A DNA stretch of 64,000 bases from Vicugna vicugna. Taxonomy: Eukaryota. Position numbers and translations under genes: made by a program. Below the pieces are notes generated by a model. The model worked only from the letters and a program-made list of their open reading frames with translations. It ran no database searches and was not told the origin of the DNA. Shown piece after piece: positions 1-12,149 of this stretch (the stretch's first letter is position 1; each line of letters opens with the position of its first letter). The stretch covers positions 3,321,576 to 3,385,575 of the forward strand of contig MU057887.1 in assembly GCA_013265495.1 (NCBI GenBank). The letters run 5' to 3'.

Positions 1-990
1 CTGCCAGCCCTACAAACACTGAATAAGCGCAGTCCGTGCTTCAAAACACCAGCCCGGGGTGGTCTCAGGGATAAATGCTGCCAACTTCCAGGCACAGACG
101 TCTGTATTTATAAACTCCTGCAAAGACTAGACAAGGAGCAAACATCTTCCAAATCCTTCAATGATCTGAACATAATTTTGATAACAAAAAAGAACTCAGA
201 CGCTGAAACTCTAAGCAAGAGTGTTTGTGGAGCTATCCAGTCGTCTACGCAAAGAATGATTATGCTTGCTTCATCCAAGGAGTGCAAGAGTGAGTGAACG
301 TAAGAACAGCATGTAACTACAGCTCACCCAGCTAGCTCGTTAAAGGAGAATCACCTTATGATTCTCTTGAAAGACACAGAAAGGCACTTCATAAAATCCA
401 GTGTTTATGAATTTAAAAGCTCTTTGTAGAATACCAACAGACGAAAACTTTCTTGACCCGAAAGGGTTCCTTACCAGAAACGTGATTCTTAAAGGTGAAG
501 TGAGAGGGGCTCCGTCTGTGACCTTGTCTGCAAAATCCCGTGTGGATTAACTGTGCAAGGTAAAGTCTTCAACTTCCGAGAATACGGTGACAAAACCACC
601 TCCGTGGTGGGGAACAATTGTTTAAGGCAACTAAACAAGTGTGAAACACTAGCCGTAAAAGTAGACATTGATTAATCTAATTTCATTAAAATATGAACAT
701 CTGTTCCTCAAAAGACAACACAAAACTGTGAAAAACGGTCATAAACTGAGGGTTGTCAGTGACACACGGCCAACAAGAGAAAGTATGGAAGGTACAAAAG
801 GCACCAATAAGAAAAAGGCATGTGACTGGACCAAAATTTAAAGGCTGAATTCATTCTTTGGTTGGTTATGCTAGATTCAGAGGGGTTTTTTCAGGTTTTT
901 CTTTCTATCATAATGTTTTGTAACTTACATGTGCTATTTTATGTGTAGCAAACCCAGAGGAAATCTAATAATTCACATAAACTAAGAGTT
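1..990 (+). mobile_element. Ancient degraded LINE-1 (L1M/L1ME-type) ORF2 and 3' fragments
   Basis: A-rich sequence with L1 ORF2-like tracts (atgattctcttgaaagacacagaaaggcacttcataaaatccag; ttcattaaaatatgaacatctgttcctcaaaagac); no intact frame. Confidence 0.7.
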
Positions 991-1249
991 AATGTGGGCT
1001 TCAGGTTCAGCGTGAACCAGAAGATTAGTGATGTCACCAAAGGTGTGTTTCTTTGGGATTTCTTCCCTGTGACTTTGGGGGGTGGGGAGTTCACCCTCAG
1101 TCTGGCTTCCCTCTTGGTCACAAGGTGGCGTCCAGAAGCTCTCAGCCTGGTTTCTCTGTCCTCTGCCCTGGAGAGAGGGGAATCCAGGCTCCAACATCCC
1201 TGGTTGGGTCCCCCCGGGACAGCCACTCTTACCTGAAACAGGCCTGTGG

Positions 1250-2150
1250 CCAGAAGGGTGGAAGGGCCTCACCACCCGGTACAGACCACCGGCCCTCCGC
1301 CTGAGGCTGCGAGCTGCTTCTCTGGGAAACTCAGCTTTTCAGGATTGGGCGCCAGAAGGGAGGAGCGCGGCCCCGGGGAAGGAGGCAGAACGGTGAGCCG
1401 TCCAGGCCGCCCGGAACCACGGGAAACCCAGCCTGGCTCTGCTGGGTGGAGAAGGTGGCGCTGGGGGGCTGTGGAAGCAAACCAAGGTACTGGAGGGTGT
1501 CCCCAGCAAGGGCGTGCGGCCTCCCGGGCTGACTCTGCTCCGCCGGCTCGAGAGGTGGCGCTCCCACAGCTCCGCCTGCCGCGGGATCCGTGGAGGAGTC
1601 CCGTGCGCACCTGAAGCTACTGCGCACCAGAGCAAGGATGGGCGCTGGGCTTGCCAGAAGCCAGCGAGAGGGTTCGCACTGTGCAGAGCCTGGCCTGCAC
1701 CCGCGCCCGAGGTGACAGCGGCGGGGATACCCCGCCCTCGCCCTCCAGCTTCCCGCCCCGCCTCCCTAGGGCTCCTCTTGCACAGTTCCCCTCAAGACCA
1801 GTTTTGCAAGACGCATAGGCCGTCTGAAGCCCACACCTGCCCGCCAGCGCCAGCCACTGCCCCGCCACGCTCATCGCCCAGTGCTGGAAGGGTGGCGCAC
1901 CCTCGGACGCCGCGCACCGGGCCTCTCCTCCCGGACCTCGCAGGCCGCACCTCGCGTGACGGTCGGGACGCCCACGGACGCGGCGTGTCCTCAGTTCGCA
2001 GGTTTGGAAGCTGAGCGCCCAGTGCAGCAACGCAGCGGGATCGCGTTCACAGCACCCAAGTCGCCGCTGGGCGCACGGGGACACTGCAGCGCTGCGGGAT
2101 TAAGGCGGCGGCCGCGCTTGGAGGTGAGCAGATCATCGAGCCGCTCCAGG
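1250..2150. promoter_or_regulatory. CpG-island-like segment
   Basis: Dense CG dinucleotides and GC-box-like tracts (cccgcccc), flanked on both sides by AT-richer L1 relics; may be a true island or a product of GC-biased substitution. Confidence 0.4.
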
Positions 2151-2344
2151 CAGAGCATAACCTGCAGTGGAAAAGCAGAGCTTGAAACATGTAGCACAAA
2201 TGTAGCTGCATGTCCGCATGAACTGGGCAGGGGAAAGGTTTGTCTCCCAGGAGCATCTGGTTACTCTAGGTCCCTGGCAGGAGCCATGAAACTTTTTGGT
2301 GCCAGCTTGTCAGTTTCTTTTCCCCCAGAGGCTGCTGGGACACA

Positions 2345-3640
2345 TTAATTTGGAAAGAACAATTCTCCTACAAATATGTGGTCTCCCAACCCACAAGTAT
2401 GCCGTAGGACACCCCCAGTTGTCCAGGTTTTATTTGATTTCACTCAGAAAACGTCTGTAGCTTTTAGTGGGGAAATCTTGGATAAGGTTCACTAAACGTA
2501 TTAAGTACCTTTTCTGCTTGAAAATAGGAAAATCGATTGTTAAAAATTTTACTTTCTAAGTGTTTATTTTGTGTGTCCACTAACACAATGGATTGTCTTC
2601 CTATTTATGTTGCTGCCATGCAAAGGTTATTCTGCAGATTCCTTAGGGTTTCCTGCATGGGCAGTCGTGTCGTCTGTGAACAGCTACTGCTTCCCCTTCC
2701 ACGGGAACAGAGGTTACTTGTTTTTCTCGCCTCAGTGTTGGCTGGGGGCTGGGCAGACATCCCAGCCTCATTCCCAGTTTCAGGAGGAGGCATTCGGCGT
2801 CACGAGAGTAAGTGTGTTGCCACCCGGAAGATGGCTGTCAGGCTGAAGTTCATCCCTCCTGTTTCTCTGAGTTTCTATCATGAATGAGCGTGACGTCGCC
2901 TCGAATTCTCCTTCTGCGTGGAGGACTGAGACTGTGCATTTCTGTCTCTTTTATCCCGTTGATGAGAAAGTTCTGTTGGTGAGTCTCTGAACGCCGACCA
3001 GCCCCGCGCTCCTGCGAAGCCGCCCGTGGGCGTGACGTGCCTCTGCTGGACTCCGTGTCTCAGGTTTCGTGGCGGATTCAGCGTCCGTGTTCCTGGAAAG
3101 GGTTCCTCTGTGATTTCCTTCCTTGCAGGGTCTTTCTCAGGAGGTGTCAGGGTTTCGCTAAAATGAGTTGAGACGTGTTCCTTCCTCCTCCATTCTTCTA
3201 GAAGTGCTGTGTGTTATCTCCCTGAATTTTTTTTTTAAGAATTCAGTAAAACCCCGTGGCCCTGCAGTTTACTCGGGGAAGCTTTCTTGTTGGATGCAGA
3301 GTTTTCCGATCTTGAACTTCTTGAATCACGTTTTGCTTTGTGAGACGTTTGTCACTTGCATTAATACTCCCACAGAGCCTTTCTCTGTCTTTGTCGGCGT
3401 CTCCTTCACCGTCAGCCGTTCACCGTCAGCCCACAGCTCGTGTTTGACTGTCTGTCTCCTCCTCCCATTGTGTTTACCTTCCTTTCCTTTTGCAGCGGCT
3501 CACAGTGAAACCCAGATACTGAAAGCGCTTCTCATTCTCCCACGTGGGCGTGGAAAGCTATCAGGTTTCCTCTCATCTCTGATTTATCTGCATCGCACAC
3601 ACTTTAACTTTGTTTTCATTTTCAGTCATTAAAAATCCCT
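2345..3640 (-). mobile_element. Ancient LINE-1 ORF2 fragment, antisense
   Basis: T-rich tracts resembling antisense L1 ORF2 (ttctgcagattccttagggtttcctgcatgggcagtcgtgtcgtctgtgaacag; aaaatgagttgagacgtgttccttcctcctccattcttctagaag). Confidence 0.75.
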
Positions 3641-6600
3641 TTCTGTTTCCCACGTGGCTCTGCCCATTTCCCTTCTGTCTTTTTCTCTCTCTTCCTTAGT
3701 GAGGCCCCATCGATGCAAAGCTCTCTGACCGCCCCTCCTGCCGGCTCCCGCCTGCTGCTGCGCCTGTCCACTGGTACACTTTTCCCCAGCTTTGGTACGT
3801 TTTGGGTCTCTGGTTCCCACTGGTTCCTACTTGATTGTTTTTTGTAGTTTCCTTAGCTTTGCTGAAGGTCTTGGTGGGTTTACCCTTCAAGAAGGGGAGG
3901 TGAGCCCACAAACCACCACGGAGAGCTGCCCGCGGGCGAGGGGGGCCTGGGAGGCGGGGTGGGAGGCAGCTCCCTGCCCTCTGCCTGGTTTGAGTGAGCG
4001 AGTGATTGAAGGAGGGAGAAACGAGAGGGGTGATGGGGGACTGAAGGATGGAGGTAGGAGATCCGTGCCTTCCCCCCACTTCTTCCCACCCAGACTTTGG
4101 GGTCCAGGCTGGCCCAGGGCCTAGGCCATCGGAGCAGCTGCACTGGGGTGTGAGGGCCTCCGGGAGGCCACCTGGTCCAGGCCACGCTCTCCAGTGTCTT
4201 TGGGGCAAACACAAACCCTGGAAGGAAGGGAGGGGCCACCATGGCGAGGGGAGAAGCTTGAAGCCTGGGGCAGGGCCGGGCTGGGAGCCCCCCAGGGCCA
4301 CTCGGAGGGCAGCCCCCACCCCTCACCAGAAGGAGAGACTCCAGCGAGCACATTTTAAACGAGGATGTTTATCAAAGGTGGAAAAGAGAAACTCATTATG
4401 TGACATGGAAGATGTTCCCGTCCCCGATTCTTAGGCAGAATCCTCTCTGAGCAGCCATTAAACAAAAACTTTCATCTGTTCACCACGGGTGACTCCGGGG
4501 TGCGAGTGTGTGGTTTTGCACAGGAACTGACAAGCCAGCAGCCCACCACTCGGCCTGTTTCACAGCCTGAATCCCTCAACATGATGTGCCCTTTGTTTTT
4601 AACTGGCTTAAGAGAAAGGAGTTGATAACCTGCAAGGCGGAGACTAGACGGACCTTCGAGGTGGGGACAGACCCTCGGGGGGGCGAGGATGAGTGGGCCC
4701 GCTGTCGGGCCGCTGCCACCAAGTGCACGGGCCGTCCAGTGTGGCTCTCAGCCTCTGGATGACAGGCCCGAGGAGCCACTCAGCCACTGTGTCGGGAACA
4801 ACCCAGCTCCCTGGACCTGGATTTCCGTGGGGACGTTGGCGCGGGGCCCTGCGCGCTCCCCCGGCCGGCACGGGGTGCAGAGCTGCAGCAGGAAAGCCCA
4901 GTAGGCCGGGCTGCCGCCTGCACCCAGCCCCGCCTCCCCTCAGCCTGGTGGTGCCGCCTCCGCCCCCTTGGGGAGGTTTTGTGAAACTCTGATCCCAAAA
5001 TCAGCCAAACCCCCCAGCGGTCACGATTAAAGGGAACCCGTCCCTGCCCTGTGCGTCCTTTCACAAGCGGGTATGAGGGGTCCAGCCACCAGGGCCCCAG
5101 CCTCCTGTGTCTCCATCACTCAGGCCCCCCCAGCCCCGCCAGGCTCACTTCCCTTTGAAATGCTAATTCTCTGATTAATTACACTTTCCACTTCTTCAGC
5201 CAGTTTTTATTTTTTTAATCCTCAAACTTCAAGAGGTTTGTTCTGAGCTAATGATAGCAGCTCACCCTACAGCCCAGACCAAAGTCAGCCCACGAGGGCG
5301 AGGAGGGCACCCAGAAGGCTCTGCATCCGTGGTCCACAGACAGACTCAGGGCCCCTGGGAAAGGGCCCATGCAGAGGGGTGTGGAGCCATCCCCCCTGCC
5401 CAGGATGTGCCAGGCCAGCAGGAGGGGAGCGCAGGGCGGGGCCTGGCCCCGGCCTCGGGAAGCCCCTCCCCAGTCTCCGGGCCTCGGTTTCCCGTCCCTC
5501 CATCGAGGAAGCGGCCCCTGGCCTCTCCTCTCCAGGCACCCCGTTACTGATTCACAGGCCGCAGGCGAGGCTCCAGGTGTGCCAGCCGCGTCTCTCCGGG
5601 CCTGTGTCTGAAGCGCGGTTTCTATCACATTTAGGGGGAAATCCGTTTTCTTCTTAAATTCAGGTTCTCCTTCCAATCTGCTCCCTCCACACCTCGTGGT
5701 GCCCGGTCCCCACGGCTCCGCCACCCCTGCCGTCCGGGGAGCAGGCCCGGCACCTGTGTGGGAGGTTGGGCGCCTGTGAGCGGCGGCGGCCGGGAGCCCC
5801 GTGTCCCGGGAGCGCCGGGTCAGCCCAGCCCTCGGCGCAGCTGGTCCTTCCCGGCCACCCTGACCTGAACCCCCGGCGGACGCGGGGCTGGTGGGGCCGC
5901 AGGTCCTTCACAGCCCGGGCCGGGCCGCATGGCGAGGCCGCTGCCTCCCGTGCTCCGCGGGCCCTGTGCACGTTCTGTGTAACACACGTGTGCTATAGAA
6001 GCAGGTGCGTGAATGTGATAATTTAGTATACACGGGTCTCAGGGAGGCGGCCGAAGGGCTGGTGGGTCATTGCTGGCTCTGTTTTCTTGCCCCAAACCCG
6101 GCAAAATTCTGGGGAGGGTGGAGGCACCGAGCTTCCTGCCTGCGCAGCCCCGAACCTGCCTTGGGTTTGTCTCTTCTCTCCAGACCATCCTGGGCCTGCG
6201 GCCGGCAGGCTCCCCCTCTGGAAGCCCCCCTGGAAACGGGACGTCTGCCGTCCTCTTGTCACCTCTGTCCCAGCCTGCCAGCCGCAGACGCTGCCCCCGA
6301 CTTGCACCCTGAATCATAGCCCCAGTCACCCTCGCTTCGCTCCTGAGAGGAGGATGCAGGACTCAGTGCTGGAAATCAGCGTCCAGCTCCTCAGGCCGGC
6401 ATGCAACTTCCCCTGCCCCCCCACTGCAGACTGTCCCCGGGGGAGCAGCGGCTGTCCACTCCCTACCCCCCGCCCGGCAAGGCCACCTCATCAGGATAAT
6501 TCCCACGAGAGGCAAAAGGCAGACACGTGGACTCGACTTGGGAGAGCAACCCTCCGGTCGTCCTGGAGCCTGGGCACTCAGACCCTGGCAGGGGACACTG

Positions 6601-7429
6601 CTGGCTGGCCGGTGCCCGGAGCTGCCAGCCTTGGGGGTCTCCCAGGGAGAGCCGCGCCTGTGTCCATCACGTAGGCTAAGGATGCAGGAGGGAGGAGGGT
6701 CTGCTCTGAAGCCAGGACTCTCTCTGCGCCCGGCCCCGGGGCAGCGCTGGTCTCTGCTGGCCCCACTCCGAGGGAGCGACCGGAAACAAAACCCAGTTTC
6801 AGCCCTGAGGGGCCGGCACTGCTGCTCCAGGGTCCTCAGGGAACAAACCCGCCAGCTGTCTCCGCCTCCTGCTGGTCCATCCTGGGCATCAGCCCAGACC
6901 CAGGGCCAGCCTGGTCCTCAGACCGGCTGAGCTGGCCCCTGCTGTGGGCGCCTCCGACCTGCCGAGCTCCCCCCTGAGAGACCGAGTCGTCACAGACCCG
7001 AAGGCGACGCCCGCGTCTGGGGGAAGCTGGCGAGGATGCCGGGGTGGGGGGGGGCCTCTCTTCACGGCCTCCGGGCCCACCCTCGTCTCTGAAGACATCA
7101 GCCAGTCGTTAACCAAGCATGGCTACCAGCAAACGCCCCGGCACCGCCAACCCTGAGGGTAGAAACAACGCACACTCGGGTGGGGCGGAAGCCAGCCCCT
7201 GGGGAGCCTCCGAGAGGGCGGTGTGCCCTGAGGGCCAAGGTCAGGACCAGCGGGCAGTGAGCCCGCACGGGTCCAGGGTGGGGGCGGGGGAGCAACCCCC
7301 TTCCTCCTCCCGGACGGTTCTCGCCAAACAAGCCCCATTTACCACAGGCCGGTTCATGCTGGTTCCGACCCCAGGCTTGGCCCTGCGCCCACGTCCAGGG
7401 GCCTCGTGGCCTTGGTCCTCCAGCCACTC

Positions 7430-7565
7430 ACGTCACCCCCAGTGAGAAAGTCCCCTCTCTGAGTTTCCTCAACTGTAAAATAAAAAAAGCTCTCGACATA
7501 TGTTAGTGTTGAAGTTACAAATCAGAACAGCATAAAGGCTTCGCAAAGAACACAGGAGGTGGCTC
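7430..7565 (+). mobile_element. MIR SINE fragment
   Basis: MIR core-like ctctctgagtttcctcaactgtaaaat. Confidence 0.6.
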
Positions 7566-7779
7566 TGGACAGGAGTGAGGCTCCCGGCAGTGGCCGTGAC
7601 CCCACCCGCTCTCACGGGAGCGTCCAGGGGAGGTCGCCCCAGCCTCAGCCCCGGAGCGAGGGGTCCTTTCAAGGTCAGCACGTCGTGTCGACCTCAGCCC
7701 AGCCACCCACCAGTCTGCCGGGAGGAGGGATGGGCTGTGTGAGATGAGAATCAGGCCTGGGAATTTATGTCTCTGCTTT

Positions 7780-8560
7780 AGAGGAAAAGAACTTATTTTA
7801 CACGCACAATAAAAATGCAAATTAAATTATAAACGAATGAGAAAAAAGAGCCCAACTTCCCAAAGCGCCACCCCCGACACTCCCCGCGAACGCCTCAAAG
7901 ACCGCCCCGAAGATGCTGCGAGGGCCACGAGCCTGCTAGACCCCAGGTGAGTTTTCTTCTCCATCAGGCCAAATAGCCGCGTGCTATCGGTCAACGGAAA
8001 GGCGTTTGTGCCTTTTGGCGACAATTAAGATCGAGGCTGGATTTGCACTCCAGTTTAATTACTAATAGATTAATCCAAGTCTAAAAGACCATCCGTAATT
8101 AGCATTGCGTTGATTGATTTGTTGCAAAGAAACGACCTGATTATGTTCCTAGTAATCGGTTTATAGCTAAGTGGCCTTCTTTCATTAAAACATAAAGAGA
8201 CAGCCATAAAAAGTGGCCAAGGTGTATGGGATCGTAAAAGCAGAGTCTGCTACTTGCCGCGGGCGGCCCTCTTTGATTTCTGTGGAAATCTAATTATTCA
8301 GTGAATTAAGGGATTCGACCTCCACAGGAAGGCTGGTGGGTGACTCCCAGCCATCGATCCCGGGGGGAGTCGGGTGGCTCCGCAGCAGGACCGGGGGTGG
8401 GGTGCGGCTGACGTATTGTTGACAAAGACCACACCGTCCATGGACGGTCATTAAAGGCCCGCCGCACAGCACAAGGAAGGCGAAACACTCAGAGGTTGCA
8501 GTTAAATCCCTGGCAGTGACAGCGCCTGATTAGGCGCAATCCTTCTTATTCCAGATAAAA
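7780..8560. promoter_or_regulatory. Candidate conserved developmental enhancer (AT-rich, homeodomain motif cluster)
   Basis: Non-repeat AT-rich island with ATGCAAAT (7815), CAATAAAA (7807), TAATCC (8071), TGATTGAT (8111), CCATAAAA (8204), TCGTAAAA (8232), TGACAG (8517) and many TAAT cores. Confidence 0.55.
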
Positions 8561-9699
8561 ACAAGGGAAAACAGTCTCCAGGGAGGCAAGAACCGAAAGG
8601 AGAGACAGTCCTACTTGAAACAAAGGTCGGCTGCTGCAGGGGACGCCTGGCCTCCTCGTCTGGGGGCGCAGGGTCGGCCGCCGAGCCCTCAGCGTCATCA
8701 CCACCGGGGGCTTCCAGACCCCTCCTGAGTCAGCGCGTGTCCAGGGCAAGTGCACGTACGTCCAGACGAGGGTTTTCCAGGGGAGCTGGCTCCCCTCCGC
8801 CAGCGCCACCCCAGGGGTCCACAGAGGGCCACGTGGGCCCAGCCGCACCCGGACCCTGGGTCTGCCTGTCCAGGGAGGTGGCTGGGCAGTCGGCTCCCTG
8901 CTCGTGTCCACACGGCCCTGGGCACCTCCACCGGTTTCTCCAAGTGTTGCTTCGACATCGTGCTGTTTTGAACAAGGATTCACTGTATTCCTGCTTGCTG
9001 CTCCTGTGTTCCGAGTCGTGGGCTGCAGCCGTAAAACTCCCTTCTCTGACACAAGAATCACAAGGAGACACACCCCGAGGTCCAAGGCCGCCACCCCTGC
9101 AGCGGACCGCCAGGGCCATGAGCGGGCTGCCGGGGGCCTTGGAAGCGGCTGCTGCACCCCAACCCAGAGCCCACGGTGACTCCTGCTCTGAGCTGTAAGG
9201 CCACCTGTCACGGGCACAGTCCGCCCGGATGCGCCTCCGTCTGGAGGCTCAGGCTAAGGCAGGGCTGCCCTGCGGTCCCTCTGTGGCCACGTCTGGTCCC
9301 GGCCCAGCCACTGTCCGTCCCCACCTGCCCTGTCTCTCCTCCCTCCCATCCCAGACCCAGACGAGGCCCCTCACCCGCTGCGGCTCCTGCCAGACCCCAG
9401 CGCTCTCCATCCAGGAGGGCTGGTTCACATGGGCAGGATGCCAGCCAGTCATGCTGCCGCCAGAGCTTGTGGACCTGGGTCGTGGGCAGAGGGGCCGAGC
9501 GAGCCAGGTCACCTGCAAGGTCCACCTCACCTGTGACCCCACCCACCCCTGCAGGGGTCAAGGTCACAGAACAGGCCAGCTGCCTTCTGACGCATCTGTC
9601 TTCCTGAACCGAAGGGACGAGGGTCGGGGTCCCAGGGGGCAGGGGTCCCAGCACCGCCCCCTCACTCCGTCCCTCCCTGGACGGCCCGCACCCCAACAA

Positions 9700-11150
9700 G
9701 CTCTCGCCTGTGACTCAGTTTTCACTTCTGTCCTAACAGCATTTGTGCATATTCGAAAAGATAGCCGCATTTGACAAGCCTGCTTTCTCGCCTCCGGCCC
9801 CGCTGATTCAGGGCTCCTGTATCGCAGCCGGGCTGCCGCAAGGCAGGGCGGGGGCCTCCCGGGAACTGCGGCCCAGGTGCGCGTTCACTGAAGAGGTGGG
9901 CGTTTCTGCGACGCAGCGGGTCCTGCGCCCAAAGCGGGGCGTTTACTCACTTTTGTTCCTGTTGTAGGTGTTGTGTCCTTTCGTGATGTGCTGCCCGCTT
10001 CCTCACGCGTGCGCCTTGCTGTGCCGTTCAGGCTCGCGTGTCTGCGTGCACGTGTGCGTCCGGGTGTGCGTGTAAGAAACAGCATTTGCGTCCTGTGACG
10101 CCTGGGCGCCGACTGCCGGCAGAGGGAGGCTGCTCGTTGCTCTGTCCCCGCCTCGCCCGGCCGCACCTGAGCTGTGCCTCTCCACCTGAGCTCTTCTGCT
10201 CCGGACCCTTTCTGTGCCCCAGCACGCGAGCACCACGTCGGCAAAAGGAAGGCGCGCTGCCCTTGTGTACGTCAGGTGCTCGCTGATGCCTTGTGTCATT
10301 GCACTGGCTAATCCCGCCGAGAGCAGGAGGCCCCCAGCTTGCCCCTGACTTCAGTTGAAATGCTTCTAACGTCTTGCAGTTTCAGTAAATGTGCGAAGCT
10401 GTTTCCGCCTTGTTTCGTCAAAGCCTTTGTTAGGAAGTCGCCAGTGTCGTGAGGGGTGACTTTCGGGCTGGCTCACAAGGTCTGTTCCCTCCGCACACGG
10501 GTTTCACGCGTGTGTCCTGGGCTTTCTGACCGTGAAGAGGCCTTGCGTTCCACTGACGCTGCGCTTTCTGCCTCCCTGCGGAACCCCTCTGCTGATGGTC
10601 CGTTGAGGGGTTCTGCAACATCCTCACAAGTGAGGCTGGGCTAGAGGTTTGTTTTGCTGTTTGTTTCGAGTATTTTGCATTCCATCAGATTTTGCCCGGA
10701 AAACCGAGCTGGGTTTGTGTGATAAACTAGGGAGCTGTGTCTTTTTCTGGAGACTAAAATTGTTTCCCCGGCATCGCCCAGAACTTTCCTTAAGGCTGGG
10801 GGGCGGCGCACGGAGGGGCCGCCGGCTGCCTTCCCACGGGGCCCCGCGCCCCCGCACGCCGCCCCCAGCCATCAGCCCCCAGGTCCCCCCTGCAGCTCGT
10901 CCTTCCCCGGGGGCAGTTCCGGCCCCTCCCCCGGCTTGCAGTTCTTGGTCACGGGTTTTCACGCCTCCCGCCCACTCCTGGCCGGTCTGGTTCAGGTCTG
11001 TCTCCTGCCCCCTCACGCCTGTGAGCGGGTGACCTACCGCGTCAGTCCCCGGAGTCACTCGGCCTTCCTGCTATTCTGTTTTCTACTTCATTAAACTTGT
11101 TTTCTATCTTAATAAAGTCTTTGTGCTAATTTGTTCCTCTCTTAAAATAA
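9700..11150 (-). mobile_element. Ancient LINE-1 ORF2 fragment, antisense, GC-shifted
   Basis: ttgtgtcattgcactggcta...cttgcccctgacttcagttgaaatgcttctaacgt resembles antisense L1 ORF2. Confidence 0.55.
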
Positions 11151-11194
11151 GGACCTATTCACTGGTTTGGGGGGCTTGGAGGGAAGGAGGGCTA

Positions 11195-11705
11195 TTTTAT
11201 TTTACTTTAAATTTTGTTTTCCATTGACGCGTAGCTGATGTAGGACGTTGGTATCGGGCGTACAGCAAGGCGATCCCGTTACTCGCACGCACACTTCCTC
11301 TCAGATTCTTGCCCATCATAGCTCGTTACAGGGAAGTGAGTGCAGCTCCCGCGCCGCACGCAGGGCCTTGTTGCTTGCCTGCTTTACGCACAGCCGTGTG
11401 TGTCTGTTAGTCCCAAGCTCCCAGCTTATCCCTCCCCCGCCCCTTCCCCTTTGGTGGCCGTAGTTTGTTTTCTACGTGTGCGAGCCTGTTTGTGGCTTGT
11501 AGATAAGATCTGTATCATTTTTCTAGATTCCACATCCAAGTGCTATCATATGATACCTGTCCTTCTCTGACTGACTTCACTCAGTGTGGTCACCTCCAGG
11601 TCCGTCCACGCTGCTGCGAACGGCGCTCTTCCATTGTTTTCTGCCGCTGAGCAATATTCCGGGGCGTGTGTGTGTGTGTACACACCACATCTTCTTCATC
11701 CGCTT
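11195..11705 (-). mobile_element. Cetartiodactyl-type L1 3' end
   Basis: T-rich tail then tagattccacatccaagtgctatcatatgatacctgtccttctctgactgacttcactcagtgtggtcacctccaggtccgtccacgctgctgc; homologous to copies at 18771, 36698, 39440 and 54060. Confidence 0.85.
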
Positions 11706-11859
11706 GTTCTTGTTCCTTGTGTGTCTTCACGGCAAGTGGAGGCACTTACAATGTTTTCCTCCAAGTATGCCCTTCACGCGACTCCGAGGCCCTGGTGTGA
11801 AATGTTCTGCTTTACCCCTCCCCTCATTTTCACTTGCTTCTGTGACTCCCACGTCTGTA

Positions 11860-12145
11860 AGACAGTCAGTCGCTGTAACAGTTAGAATAGGGCAGGCAAT
11901 GCCGTGGTAACAAACAGCACCAGCATCTCAGGGCCCCCCTCCCAGGCAGCGCCTGCTCCTCCCCGGGGCACCACCCGCCGCGGACCGGGCTCCTGGGCCG
12001 CGCAGCCCTCGCGTCTTCACCCAGCAGGTGCCTCTGAGTCCGCACAGCTGGGGGCTCCCCTCACACACCACTGGCCCATGCAAGTCACGTGGCCCAGCCA
12101 GGCATCCCTCAAACACAGGAAGAACCAGGAACATTAGTGTTGTCA
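11860..12145. mobile_element. Old LTR fragment (LTR33/MLT1-like)
   Basis: gttagaatagggcaggcaatgccgtggtaacaaacagcaccagcatctcag and actggcccatgcaagtcacgtggccc resemble ERVL/MaLR LTR consensus. Confidence 0.5.
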
Positions 12146-12149
12146 TTTG

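Noticed and set aside
1120..1900. Several GGTGGCG CTCF-like cores (also near 45857 and 48645)
   Set aside because: Partial matches only, common in GC-rich DNA; cannot be scored without a PWM scan
3405..3432. 14-bp tandem micro-duplication (ttcaccgtcagcc); a similar short duplication lies near 49075-49118
   Set aside because: Ordinary slippage events
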